A stretch of 50,832 bases of DNA, counting the filler, from Jimgerdemannia flammicorona (lineage: Eukaryota), in assembly GCA_003990765.1 (NCBI GenBank). It is 2 parts of 2 records of this genome, joined end to end, with 100 filler letters (N's around TTAATTAATTAA, not from the genome) between each part and the next. Parts side by side here need not be neighbours in the genome. Positions count along the whole stretch, not along the records: positions 25,474 to 50,832 come from RBNJ01000841.1; 1 more part is not named here. One strand, 5' to 3'. This document shows, piece by piece, positions 36,941 through 48,034 of the stretch. The notes below the pieces were generated by a model. It worked only from the letters and a program-made list of their open reading frames with translations. It was not told the DNA's origin and made no database searches. A program made the position numbers and the translations under genes. Position 1 is the stretch's first letter. Each line of letters starts with the position of its first letter.

Positions 36941-38373
36941 TGGATCATCACCCCTCATAGCAGAGGAAGTTGTTAGTGAGCATGGATCCACTCAACCTAG
37001 TATATGTGTCTGCTTGCTTGCTGTTTGTCATTGCCTTAGTACTTTTCTCCAATAAATAACTTGAAAGTGTGTTGTAAAAGTGTGTATAACATAAATTGTA
37101 GCAGAGAAAGGTACTGTTTCATCTATCTCTATAAACTGTATAGCCAGAAGTTCAAAATGCTTAGTAGTTTGACTTCAAATATATATTGATACATAAAAGA
37201 CAAATACTCTAATAAAATCAAAAAGAATACAGAGATAAATAAAATTAATATCCAAGCTATGGTGAGTATATTTATCTGATTGCCTGACCATTTCTATACC
37301 AATAACCCTATTTAATCAAAAATATTTAACCATACTCTTTAGCAGAATTTCAAAATCAGCTCATTTACTTAATTATATATACAGACCAGCTATTCACAAT
37401 CATCGATAGTGATCAATTATATAGCATCTTTGGTTTTCTTAAGCATGATTTATATTTGCTAAGTACTAATACTATTTGCAAAGATATCTTAGAGGTCTAT
37501 AGGAAGGAGTATAATAATCTCTACCAGATACTTCAGATAAAATAAGAGCAGCACTATGACCTTTGCAAGCTGAATTATATATATATATTTATAAAAGAGC
37601 TCACCACATTCAATAAGTATAATTTGGCAGACAAAATTTCATTTACAATCAACATATGGACATTCTCTAATGTAATTTCATTTCTAAGTATTACTGGTCA
37701 TTAGATTGATCTCAATTGATAGCTTAAATCTCTCACCCTTGACTTCATCAAACTTGCTGGCACTCATTTTGGAGAAAACATTGCAGATGCTTTTATTAGT
37801 TATATCTGAGAGCTTGGGATCACAACTAAGATAAAAAAGGGGGGCTTACTATCAGGTTGGTATTTTGAAAGAGGTTCTAAAACAAACAGATTTTATTGAT
37901 TATTTATTTTTACATAAATTTGTCAACTGAATATTTCAAGTACAGATTTTGACCATTATGACAGACAATGCCACAAACAACTTAACATTTTTCCAAGTTT
38001 TAGCAGATAGTCTCAAATAGAAAAATATGACCTTTAGTGTAGAAAGCTACTATATACAATATCAGGCCCATATACTGAATCTCACTATTCAGGACTATCT
38101 TATGTATATAGACAAAACATCTGAGAGAAGAGGGGCTCTGAGTATAGTTTCCAAGCTATACAAACTGGTTGTATCAGTCCAATCATCTCTACAATGACAA
38201 GACAAATTCACTATACAGTATAGAATAATTAGTTTAGCCTTAAAAGAACTAATATTAGATATCTGTATACATTGGAACTTAATATTTACAATGATCCAGC
38301 ATGTATTGGAGTTTGCTGTAGTATACATTCTTTTTTTTAGTCAGCTGAAGTAACTTGTTTTGGATGATGGAGA

Positions 38374-38407
<34 letters not shown>

Positions 38408-39629
38408 CAAAAAAAGCCAATAGATTTAATGGTTGCTGCTGATAAGGAAATGCAAAGTAAGGCTATAAGTAAAAGTGAGTGGAATGTACTTAGGAATATT
38501 ATCAGAGTTTTGAAAGTAAGTAGTAATTGCTCTAGCTCTATACTTATTTTATCTATCTCTATATAATATAATACCTCACTACACATAACTACCAGTGTTT
38601 TAATAATTGTACAAAGGATATAGTAAAAAAAAATGACTCTAACAATAAGCTCTACAATACCAGTATACAATCTTTTGATTGACTGGCTAGAGAATAAGCT
38701 TGAGGACAGACTGGAGGGTAGTAGTGATTTATAGTTAAGCCTAGATCAGAGAGATGCCATAGAGGTTGCTCTAAGCAAACTCAGAAAATACTACTCTAAA
38801 ACAGATGCTGCTGTATACTCAATCAGTATAAGTATATCAGTATATAGCTATTGTCTCTTTCAAAATAAAGAAACCCCTACAAAACTCACTCTCTTTCTTC
38901 AAACAGTACTAGACCTATGCTTAAAGCTATAATACCATAAATATCAGAGCTGAGAGCAGTACTATATTGAGGAAACTAAGTGGGCCATAATCAAAACATA
39001 TGTATCAGAAAAACTATATACTACTGCAAAGTTCTGGCTGAAGTCCAGACAAATATGCTAAGAGATCTCTCTTGTTCTATATTTACTTCAGCAGAAAGAG
39101 GAAGAGGGAGCAATTAGTGGAAGAGCTGCTGTCAATAGACAAACTCACCATTTACCTTACCAGTGACCATGTGATCCTGCTGGAGGGTGCAGAGGTGCTC
39201 AACTAGTAGAAAGTAAGTTGTTAGGCAGGCAGTTGATTATGTTGGACCAATTTAATCCACCAATCTAACTACTATTCTAACTACTGCTCTACCCACTAGG
39301 GCATATAGCTGCAGTTATGTCAAATGAATTTCCCCAATCTGTATAGTATGGCTTAGGACTACTTGACAATTTCTGCCACCAGTACTCTCATTGAGCAGAT
39401 GTTCTCAAGTAGGGTAGATCTCATTGCCCCTAAGAGGTGTGTACTGAATATTAAGACAATCTAGGTATATATGTATCTGAAATCTTAGTGGGGTATAGAC
39501 TGCTAAAATTTGGCAGGTTCTAGAGTTTACAAATAAGTTAATTAGCCTTGTGGATTATTTAATAATTTAAAATAAAAAGGAAAAAAAAAAACTGAGGGCT
39601 TGGTCTGGAGTTTGTGGCCTGAATAGGAC

Positions 39630-40125
39630 AGTGGTTGGCAGGGTTGATGATAGTAGAGGGAATATGCAAAATTTGTGGTCCTCTATATATATATAGTATA
39701 GGGCAGCCCCAAGCTATCAGTGTTCAGGTCAGTAGATAGGGTTGGCAGAGAGAGTGTACAAAATTTGCAGCCTTTTACTGATAGTAAGAGATAGCTCTAA
39801 GTTACAAGTATCTGGGGCAGGAGAGGTTGGCAGAGGGGGTGGGGTAGGCAGAGAGAGCACATAAAATTTGCAACCCTCTATCAGCAGTATAGGGCACCCC
39901 CAAGCAGCCTGTGCCTGGGCTGGGGGGTCAGTGGGGTTGGCAGAGAGAGTACACAAAATTTGCAGCCCTCCACTAGTAGTAAAAGAGATAACCCCAAACT
40001 GCCAAGGAGTCTGAGTCTGGGTTAGAGAGTACTTCTAGTGGTTAGAGGGTGCTTCTGGCAGTCAAGAGTACTTCTAGTAGTCAGAGGGTACTTTTGGTGA
40101 TCAGAGAGTGCTTCCAGTAGTTGAA
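39630..40125. repeat. Composite repeats between the convergent hAT genes: four ~100-bp units, then five ~20-bp units
   Basis: ggcagagagag..caaaatttgcagcc recurs at ~39650, 39745, 39847 and 39939; (g)tcagagggtacttctggtg-like units at 40021-40120. Confidence 0.8.
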
Positions 40126-40387
40126 GTCTACTACAAATTCAGACTCTGTCACTAGTTCAGATCCCACAGACACTCTGGTCCTACACTGTAGTACCACACT
40201 GGTGGCACTATAAGAGTAGGACCAAAAAATCAGTAGGGCCCAGTATAACAGCTATACTAGTGCTACAGAAAAGAGACACCTGGCTGCCAGCCCAACTCCC
40301 CCAAAAAAAGACTGTCCAATCTATACAAAATAACTGCTGAACCCTTATAAAAGATTGCCTAACCCTTACAAAAACTGCTCCACCCAC

Positions 40388-42685
40388 TAGTTCCAGACCT
40401 TGATGAGTCTATTATCCATTATAAGTATAATAACTATTGTATCTGAGCTCTCCTCAAAGGTGATGGTACTGTGGTAGTCATGTAATTAGAATAGGACAGC
40501 TATGTTGGCTACAAATAAAACTCTAAAACTATAGATAAGATCATATCAGACTTTGCTACTATTCTTCCAAGTTGGGCCCTTCCTTTTTGGAATATAAAAC
40601 ATTACCAGAGTGATGTTGTTGTCTATGTGTGTGGGCAGAGAAATGTTGTGCCTGATATATCCTGATACATATGACCTAAGCATATGGTTAGATAAATCCT
40701 TGGTCCAGGACTTCATACTGCTAGACAGTACTAGAGGATACCTATTCTTCATCAAGCTCCAGGAGTTCTGACTTAGAAACCTGCTCAAAATGGATAGCAT
40801 CTGGTTTCTTTTTGCATATAGGAGGCAGAAACTCAGGGCTATATTCAAAAAAGTAGAGCTCCTCACCTCTTTTTATATATATATATATATAGATAAATTA
40901 ACTTGTTTATTGATAAACTACCTCTATCATATCTCTGCAAAAGACTAGATAGATGAACATATCAGCAGATTCTCCAACTTGTATGATCAAACTTATACTC
41001 TCTATAACCCTACAAATGTTTAATTCTATTTTGTACCAATCATAACACTATATTTTATCAGTATTTATAACTATTTTATTGCAACAACACTGTTCTTAAC
41101 CCACTTCTTTATCATTACAAGGTTCTCTATAGATGATATATTTTCTCTGGAGCTTCTCACCTCATACAGCATATTAAATTACACTAAGAATATATATATA
41201 GCTATGCAGAGATCACTACTAAGCTGGTCTGTTATATGCTCTATCAATCTGCTCAAAGAATCCAGATTATAGTTGCTATTACTATATAAACTATATTATG
41301 CTTATATGTAGTTTGCTCTTTGATAGCACTTTTAAAGTTCTGATAGGGGTATAGAATCTTGTACATTTCTAGAATTATATCAAAAAGAGTATATTGATAA
41401 AAGATTGATTATCTGAGAAGAAAATAAAATAAAAAAAAGGAAGATAAGTACAGGGGATTTTGAAACTCTAGAACCCACTCTTTGTCAGTATTGCAGTATA
41501 CTCAATTCTCATGTAAATCTCCTCTTCTTGCTTTTTTTGCCCCCTCTTTTCTGCCATCTAGTATTTGATACAATCCTCATAAATCTTATTAATATAGTAG
41601 TAAAGCTCATCACTATAGAGATTTCTTATCACTATCATAACCACATCTCTATAATCATTAATAATAATATAGTTCTCTTTATTATTAAATACTCTTACTG
41701 GCCAATAGGCCTCTTGGTTGAGAATAATTGGCTCTGATTCAAATATAGATCCATAAGTCTTAATAATGATACTAGTACTACTCATGCTAAATATCTTACT
41801 CTTGAATTCCTCTATTTAATCAGATGTCAGACATAGTTGAACTTAGGTAACTTTGAACTCTCCTTTCTAATAGAACTGAGCCCTGATATAAGGGACCAAG
41901 ATAAGTATATATATAGATAGATTATATATAGGCAGGTTGCATGCAGACAGATTTCATATAGATGAGTTTTATACAGATGGGTTTTATATAGATGAGTTGT
42001 GTATAGATAGGTTGTGTATAGACAGGTTGTATATAGGTATCATATGGGTGTTTTTAGGAGAGACCACATAAAAATGAAGTTAAATAAAATACAAAGATAG
42101 GCATTTCAGAAAAAGAGTATAAGTGAGTGAGTTGCATACTAATGAGTTATACAAGTTATATAAGATTGCTTATAAATGCTTACTTTTATTCCTTTTGAGA
42201 CCTCTATCATATGATGTATTGACTCAATAGATTAGTTATCAAAGATATGCCCTGCAACATCTACCAGCCTTTCTTTATCTTAACTAGATATTGTGAATAA
42301 AGTTGGCAGATCTTACTGTAGAGCTGTGGACCCTAAGAAAAGTATAAGGTGAATTGGGTTATACTAGAGGAAATTAAAAAAGTAAATACAAGTAAATAAG
42401 TAATAGTAAAATGAGTAATCTATATCTACTATTGGCTGCTTCAAAAAGGCTACTGTATATATAGCTGTAAGGTCTGTAAATCAAGGTCCAAAGAACTGCT
42501 ATAAGTTGTTACCAGAATTCTCCCTCATCCCTGCCATTACTATTGCTATTGCTACTGTCATTACTACTACTATCATCTCTTTGGCTCTCAATGAGCAGCT
42601 TGTATACTGCCCATATGAGAAAGAATCTAATATTATTAGCAGAGAGTACATTTCTATCTCAAATACTCTCTCTTTTAACAATCAT
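40388..42685 (-). pseudogene. Decayed TET/JBP-like Fe(II) dioxygenase, copy 1, multi-exon, inside the hAT element
   Basis: Reconstructed exons read FKVT*VQLCLTSD*IEEFKSKIF..ENYIIINDYRDVVMIVIRNL..KRG..IYMRIEY|..NLVMIKKW|GYREYKFDH..|..MLSILSRFLSQNSWSLMKNRYP..YVSGYIRHNISLPTHIDNNITLVMFYIP..WKNSSKV*YDLIYSFRVLFVANIAVLF*LHDYHST..IVIIL. HxD at 40621-40629; distal His at 40471-40473. Putative introns at ~41451-41369, 41100-41010 and 40921-40869. The 5' exons are tentative. Confidence 0.72.
41930..42040. repeat. 15-bp tandem repeat (gatgagttttatata-like), probably intronic in the dioxygenase gene
   Basis: About 7 degenerate units. Confidence 0.75.
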
Positions 42686-43603
42686 TATAGAGTAAAAAAA
42701 TAAGTAGACTGGACTAATATATGATTAAGAGCTGTTGTTTTATTTGCTTGTGATATAGCAGAAAAGAAAAAGAATAAAGAAAAAGAACAAAGAAAGAATA
42801 AAAGAAAAGAGAGAATAAAAGAAAGAGTAATATCACCAAAGTATAGCAGAAAAAAAAAATAGAGTAAAAAATAAACAAAAGAAAGAGTGATATCATCAAA
42901 GATTTTATATAATCAATTTAGATAGATCAATTCAGATCAATCCAGATCAGATCATAAGACCAATCTGAGTTGATTTAAATCCATCATATGATGAATCTGA
43001 ATTGAATCTCATCTGGATCAATTTCATTTGTTTAGAGTACTAACTATACTGATAGCTTCAATTTAACTTTACTTTATTTCACTCCAATATACTCTCTCTC
43101 CCCCATCTTTATCTTTTTAAAAACTACTAAATTGTTAATTATCTCTATCTATCTTACTACTTCTTTTATATATCTCTTCTATTAGATATATATAATGATC
43201 TTCTTAAGAGCCTCACTCCCTCTACTAGTCTGATAGAATGTCTACTATCAATCTCTCTTATCTTATTATTCTTTTTTCCAAAACTATCTATCTCTCATTC
43301 TTAAACATATACTACTTATGTTCAACCAACCCTACTTATACATCAATATCTACCTAACAGTAAGTTACTCATTATTAATATATCCTACCAACTACTCTCT
43401 CAAGTTATCCTATCTCTCTCCCTCTCTACTATTTCACTACTTTATCCTCAGATGACCTCCAACTATCATCAGTATCTTACACTTACCCAATTAATATTCA
43501 AGTATCTATATAAACTCTCTGTAATCAATTTTTTTTATAGAACCCTCACACTAATTTAGCTAAGCTATAATTTGATATTACTTTAACTCTTGTCAATTTC
43601 TGC

Positions 43604-43633
<30 letters not shown>

Positions 43634-43637
<4 letters not shown>

Positions 43638-44803
43638 TTAATAGACTCAATGTCTTACAGATTTTTATTAGAAGAGAACCTAGACTATATAGGTCAAACC
43701 CCTCTCCCACCTCTCTTAAGCACTATATCTCCATTAAACTTAGACTAGTTATTGTCCAGCAACTTGATCATATCAGATGTAGCAGAGTCTAATATAACCT
43801 ATACCTCATTCTATATATCATACTCTTCCTACCACTAGGAGAAATTAACCATATATCAATAACCAAAAGTATATATCTAAAAGCCCAATATATATATAAA
43901 GCTATGCTCAAACTAAATAAAATAACCTCTGTCATCTTAAGAAGAATGACAGATAAAGAAAAAAATCTCTCTCAAAGTATATTACAATAGATAGAACCTA
44001 GTTCTTCTAGATGAGATAAGTAAAAGACTTATATATGAGATAGAAGAAGACTCCCAATACCCCACTACTCAAGCCTACAAACCTCAATCATATTACTATA
44101 TTAGTTCCCAATTCTAGTTAAGTATAATTAAAACACTTAAAATAGGTAATCTCAGACCCCTCAACCTTTTCAATAACTAAGGCCCAATCCCATAAATTGT
44201 CAAAAGAAGTTGTAAATAATACTTACCACCTAACTACTCTATATCAATCAGAAGACCCCACTAATATAATATCTGTCTCAGCTCCAATAACTACTTCCAG
44301 TCTGATACTCTACTAATTCATCATTATTATTTTCTATCTATAACAACCATCTCTCCTCCCATCCTAACTCTACCTAAAAAACAATTATCTATATTAGAAC
44401 TGTACTTACTAAAAAGCTCACCAAAGTTAGAAAATTCCACTATAGATACTAAGAATCTGCAGATAACCTATACTGAGCACTTAATGCCCAAAGTTAACAA
44501 ACTTTCTATATAATCTATGATATACCAAAACAACACCTTGTTGACAACAACAAAAAGAAGAAGACATAATACCAAAACAGATATATCTCAAATATAGCCA
44601 AAGATATCAAAAACTGCAAAAAAGTAAAAAAAATACTAATCAGACACTGATAAAAGGACAACTCATCACCATTGCCCTTCTCTCACTGCACTCATACAGA
44701 GACAACAAACCATACTGAAATAAAGGATAAGAAGTTAAAAAAAAAAAAATCCAGACAGTTGCCTACCAAAACTACATAACCAGTATAATAGTAGAGAAAG
44801 AAG
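43634..44803 (-). mobile_element. Family B non-autonomous retroposon, copy 3
   Basis: Collinear with copies 1 and 2 from the tail (atagactcaa..ctagactatatagg) to the same 5' end (reverse complement cttctttctctacta). Confidence 0.85.
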
Positions 44804-44920
44804 CTGACTTGTACATATCTTTAGGATTACTTCATTTACTGAGTCCACAACTTGTCCATTGTCTTAAGAATTTGGATACATTCATCCCAATTGCAAACGG
44901 GCCTTAACTGATCTGCTTAA

Positions 44921-46402
44921 CTAAGCATTGTCAATTCTTTGCCCCTTCTTTTTCGAGTTCTTTATCAGGGACTCCTTGGTCTCCATATCATTAGGTTGTG
45001 CGCGTGGTGGGGTCTCGAGCCCATCGTTGTCATCGAAGTCAGCGTTGAGTTCCAAGAGTAAGGCATTGACCATGCCCTAATGTAAAATGATGATCAGCGA
45101 TCTCTTGTGCCATATTAAACATTGAATGAGAAAAACGAAAACTCACCCGCACGTTCCACGCCCACCTCAACGCACCCCTCAAATTGTGATAGGCCGAATA
45201 GGTGAGTGGAAGGGTAAAGGCCTTTAGAAGATGGAGACGGTACACCTCATGCTTCTCCATCAAGTAGATCCGGACTGTCGTCATGTAGGTCTGATCCAAA
45301 ACCAACAATACACATAAATGTATTCTACATCAGATCTTCGCGCCTAAATTTGAACATAGAATGCTCATTACGTATCGCTACTACACCTGAATTCCAAGGA
45401 TATACAGTCGTGACCCATCTCTGACGGAATCACGGAACTTCGACTGCAGGTCATCCAGCATATCCTTCATCATCCTCGGCAGGTTGAACTCATCCGAGGC
45501 CATCTTGGTGATGCTGTAGGCGTGTGGTCCACCGCACGCCAGCGCACAGGCAACTTCATACTGTTCGTAGATACATAGGAGATCTGCCATGTGACCTCGT
45601 TCGACTTGCTGAATGAGAACATCCTTGTTGCGATTGCGACGGCGTTGGGTGGCCAGGACAGAGATCTCTCCCCTTAGCGATAATCAAGGATTATAAAAAT
45701 CATTATCATTCTTTATACTGATGGAGAGAAATTGCAATTTACCACGGGTGCGACAACTGCCATCCAGTTTCAGGACGCCTTCGAAAAGAGGGACAATATA
45801 GTTACCGAACCACTCTCGCTCAAAGCAGTCGTTCTGCTGCAGAGGATTTCGTTGGGACTCAAATGCGTCCAGACTATGGCGGTGAAACCAAAAAGTAATC
45901 AGCTTAAGCTGAAGAAGTCTGTCATAATAATAATAAATACAAGTAATCTTGTAACATACAATTGCCCTGTCGCTCGCTCGATCCAACGTCGAATTTTCTC
46001 CCAGTCTCCCTCTGCGTACGAGAACTCGCCACTGTTCTCGAGAACAGGCAGACTACGGAGGGTGTTCCATTTTGTGCGAGCTTGTGATAGATCCACGGGC
46101 AACCTCTAAATAATAATTAAATAATAAAAGTTGTCAATACATATTCAAACCAGAGTTCCACTTTCCATAACCCAAACATCATTCTTACTCTTTGACCAGA
46201 TTGTCCGAATAAATGAGTAATGATGGATTCGATCTCAGTATGGTAGGCCTTTCGAACTACATCGGGTCTGTCTGCCACCAACTGGTCCCACTGTTCACCA
46301 AACTCGCCCTGGATTTTCGACGATGGCGACAGATCCAGAATGAAGTCGTGGGCCGGACTAACAAAAACAAAAAATAATTAGAGAGTGAGCTATTAGTGGT
46401 AC

Positions 46403-46479
<77 letters not shown>

Positions 46480-47601
46480 GCCTTTGGCTTCATTACTACA
46501 AAGACTTACTCATGAGGTGAAGTTGCTGTCTTCGTACAATACTTTCGCAAAGCTGACGCCAATCCAAGAGCAGTGGTTGAACAATTGTTGTCACCCTATA
46601 AACGTGTCAGAATACAAATACAAGAAAGTAAGAAAATATAAATATAGACAAAATACCTACCATTTGTTCATCACTTTCGCCAAGTGCCACACGTTTGCTG
46701 CGCTGAGCTATTGCTTCTGGCACCAAATCACCATCACCCTCGGCAACCGAGGTTTTCGCCACAACTCGACCATCCTCCGCTTTGCGCTTGTTCCTGACTG
46801 TGGTTGCATCCAACTAAATGCAAGAAATAAAGATATGCTCAAAACTCTTCAAGAAAAAAACTAAGCTTAGCAGCAAATTTGTTTTTCCGTACTTGATCAA
46901 GTTTGCCATCGAAAAAGAGCTCCGCATCCTTGGTAGTAGACGCCGCATAAAGTTTTGTTTGTTCATTCGCTTGAGCCGCAATCGTCAAAAATTGGTCTGC
47001 CTGATATAACAAATGAAGATATTGATTATTGTCTGGCATATCAGGATAGCAAATGAAGAAACGTTTCCTTACCTTCAACGCCTTCACCTTCAACGCCTTC
47101 ACCTTACTCCGGACATGATCGATAATGTTATTAGATAGGTTGTTTAGCCAGAAATTGTCAACGCGGCCACCGATTTTGGAATCCATCTCGCAAAGACAAT
47201 AAAAATATACACAGCCAGTTAGTTTCTATCATGGCGAAAACAGCTCAGCAAGTCACAAGCTGACTGCAGCGGAGACGTAGTCCATAACCATGCGGAGACG
47301 TAGTCCCATGGGTAGCTGCTTAATGACAAGATTGCAACGGAGACATGGTCCATTACCATAAAAAAAAAAAAAAAAAACTTACCTTGAATTCCTGCAAAAG
47401 ACGTTCGGCGTTTTGTTTTTGTAGATCTGAGCTGTGCTCCAGCACTAACTGTACTTGTTTGTTGAATGCCCTCGTTACAGTAGCCTTATCTATCACGAGA
47501 TTTGCATCCTTCCACGCCTCATGGTACTGAAGAGCATCCCAGTCCTTGCAAGGAGTGTTTAGGAAGTAGGTGTATCCGGGCGCGTTTATGTCGGGTAACA
47601 T
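44921..47601 (-). CDS. Multi-exon protein with a C-terminal PD-(D/E)xK/REase-like domain resembling lineage-expanded Mucoromycota (Crinkler-like) families
   Basis: MLPDINAPGYTYFLNTPCKDW..; EREWFGNYIVPLFE; GEISVLATQRRRNRNK..GHMADLL..EVACALACGGPH..KMASDEFNLPRMMKDMLD..ILGIQV; FTLPLT; stop at 44921-44923. CpG content is normal. Confidence 0.7.
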
Positions 47602-48034
47602 TATTGTGCGAGTTGCCAGAATATGGGTGATATTTCCTTATGATTTGATCCAAGCCACAATTTTTTTTACGCGTTCTACTACTGCTCAACGACGAAATAT
47701 AGGATGGGTGGGTAGCTTGGCATATTTATCAGACTCAAATGATAGTGTAGCCTCTACCATTTTTCTTTCACAAGGTTTTATATTTCAACCACACCAGGTG
47801 GCCATGTCGACCCTGCCATCAGGCTCTCATGAAAACGGCGATTAGCAACAGGCCGATTTTTTCAGGTTATTTTCTTTCACTATATAAAACCATTTTTCAA
47901 AGAATCGGGAAAACGATAACAGATGACCAAAATCACACGATGGAAACTGCATCGTCATCGAAAAAAAAAAAAAAAAAAAAAAAAAATCAATTTAATCGCA
48001 ACCCAACGAGAGGACTAAACTTTCCACCCACACT

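Larger units (their letters stand above)
28080..37111 (-). mobile_element. Non-autonomous LINE derivative (family C, ~1.4 kb without the nested LTR element) carrying a 9-bp minisatellite
   Basis: Perfect 19-bp TSD tactgtttcatctatctct at 28061-28079 and 37112-37130. The minus-strand 3' end is ...tagttaataaa(a). The 5' ~85 nt up to the ATG and the 3' ~200 nt resemble LINE family A UTRs. Confidence 0.82.
27841..39506 (+). pseudogene. hAT transposase, decayed and intron-containing; its BED-finger intron holds a 9-kb nested insertion
   Basis: BED finger split across exons (SEI*QYCTKIGDNIICNY at ~27930; QKFKMLSSLTSNI at ~37145). Also KISFTINIWT..SFLSITGH*ID..LDFIKLAGTHFGENIA (37630-37800), IMTDNATNN (~37960), QAHILNLTIQ (~38060), LILDIC..WN (~38250) and dimerisation domain FPNLYSMA*DYLTISATSTLIEQMFSS (39330-39410). 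Start position is approximate. Confidence 0.9.
27392..43042 (+). mobile_element. hAT DNA transposon, 15.65 kb (~6.6 kb after removing nested inserts), with transposase and a convergent TET/JBP-like cargo gene
   Basis: TIRs tagtactccaaatg (27392) and ...tttagagtacta (43042); perfect 8-bp TSD actatact at 27384-27391 and 43043-43050; subterminal repeats; hAT transposase inside. Confidence 0.9.

Noticed and set aside
40546..40860. Alternative frame EELYFFEYSPEFLPP.. for the last cargo exon
   Set aside because: It has more stops and no motif; the THID frame is supported by the homolog at 26400.
39600..42900. KDZ or Plavaka transposase accompanying the TET-like gene
   Set aside because: No CxC domains or KDZ/Plavaka motifs recognised. 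The only transposase inside the TIRs is hAT, although decay limits sensitivity.
43051..43600. Purine-rich minus-strand remnant flanking the hAT (continuing 27005-27383)
   Set aside because: Clearly hypermutated, but too decayed to assign to a family.
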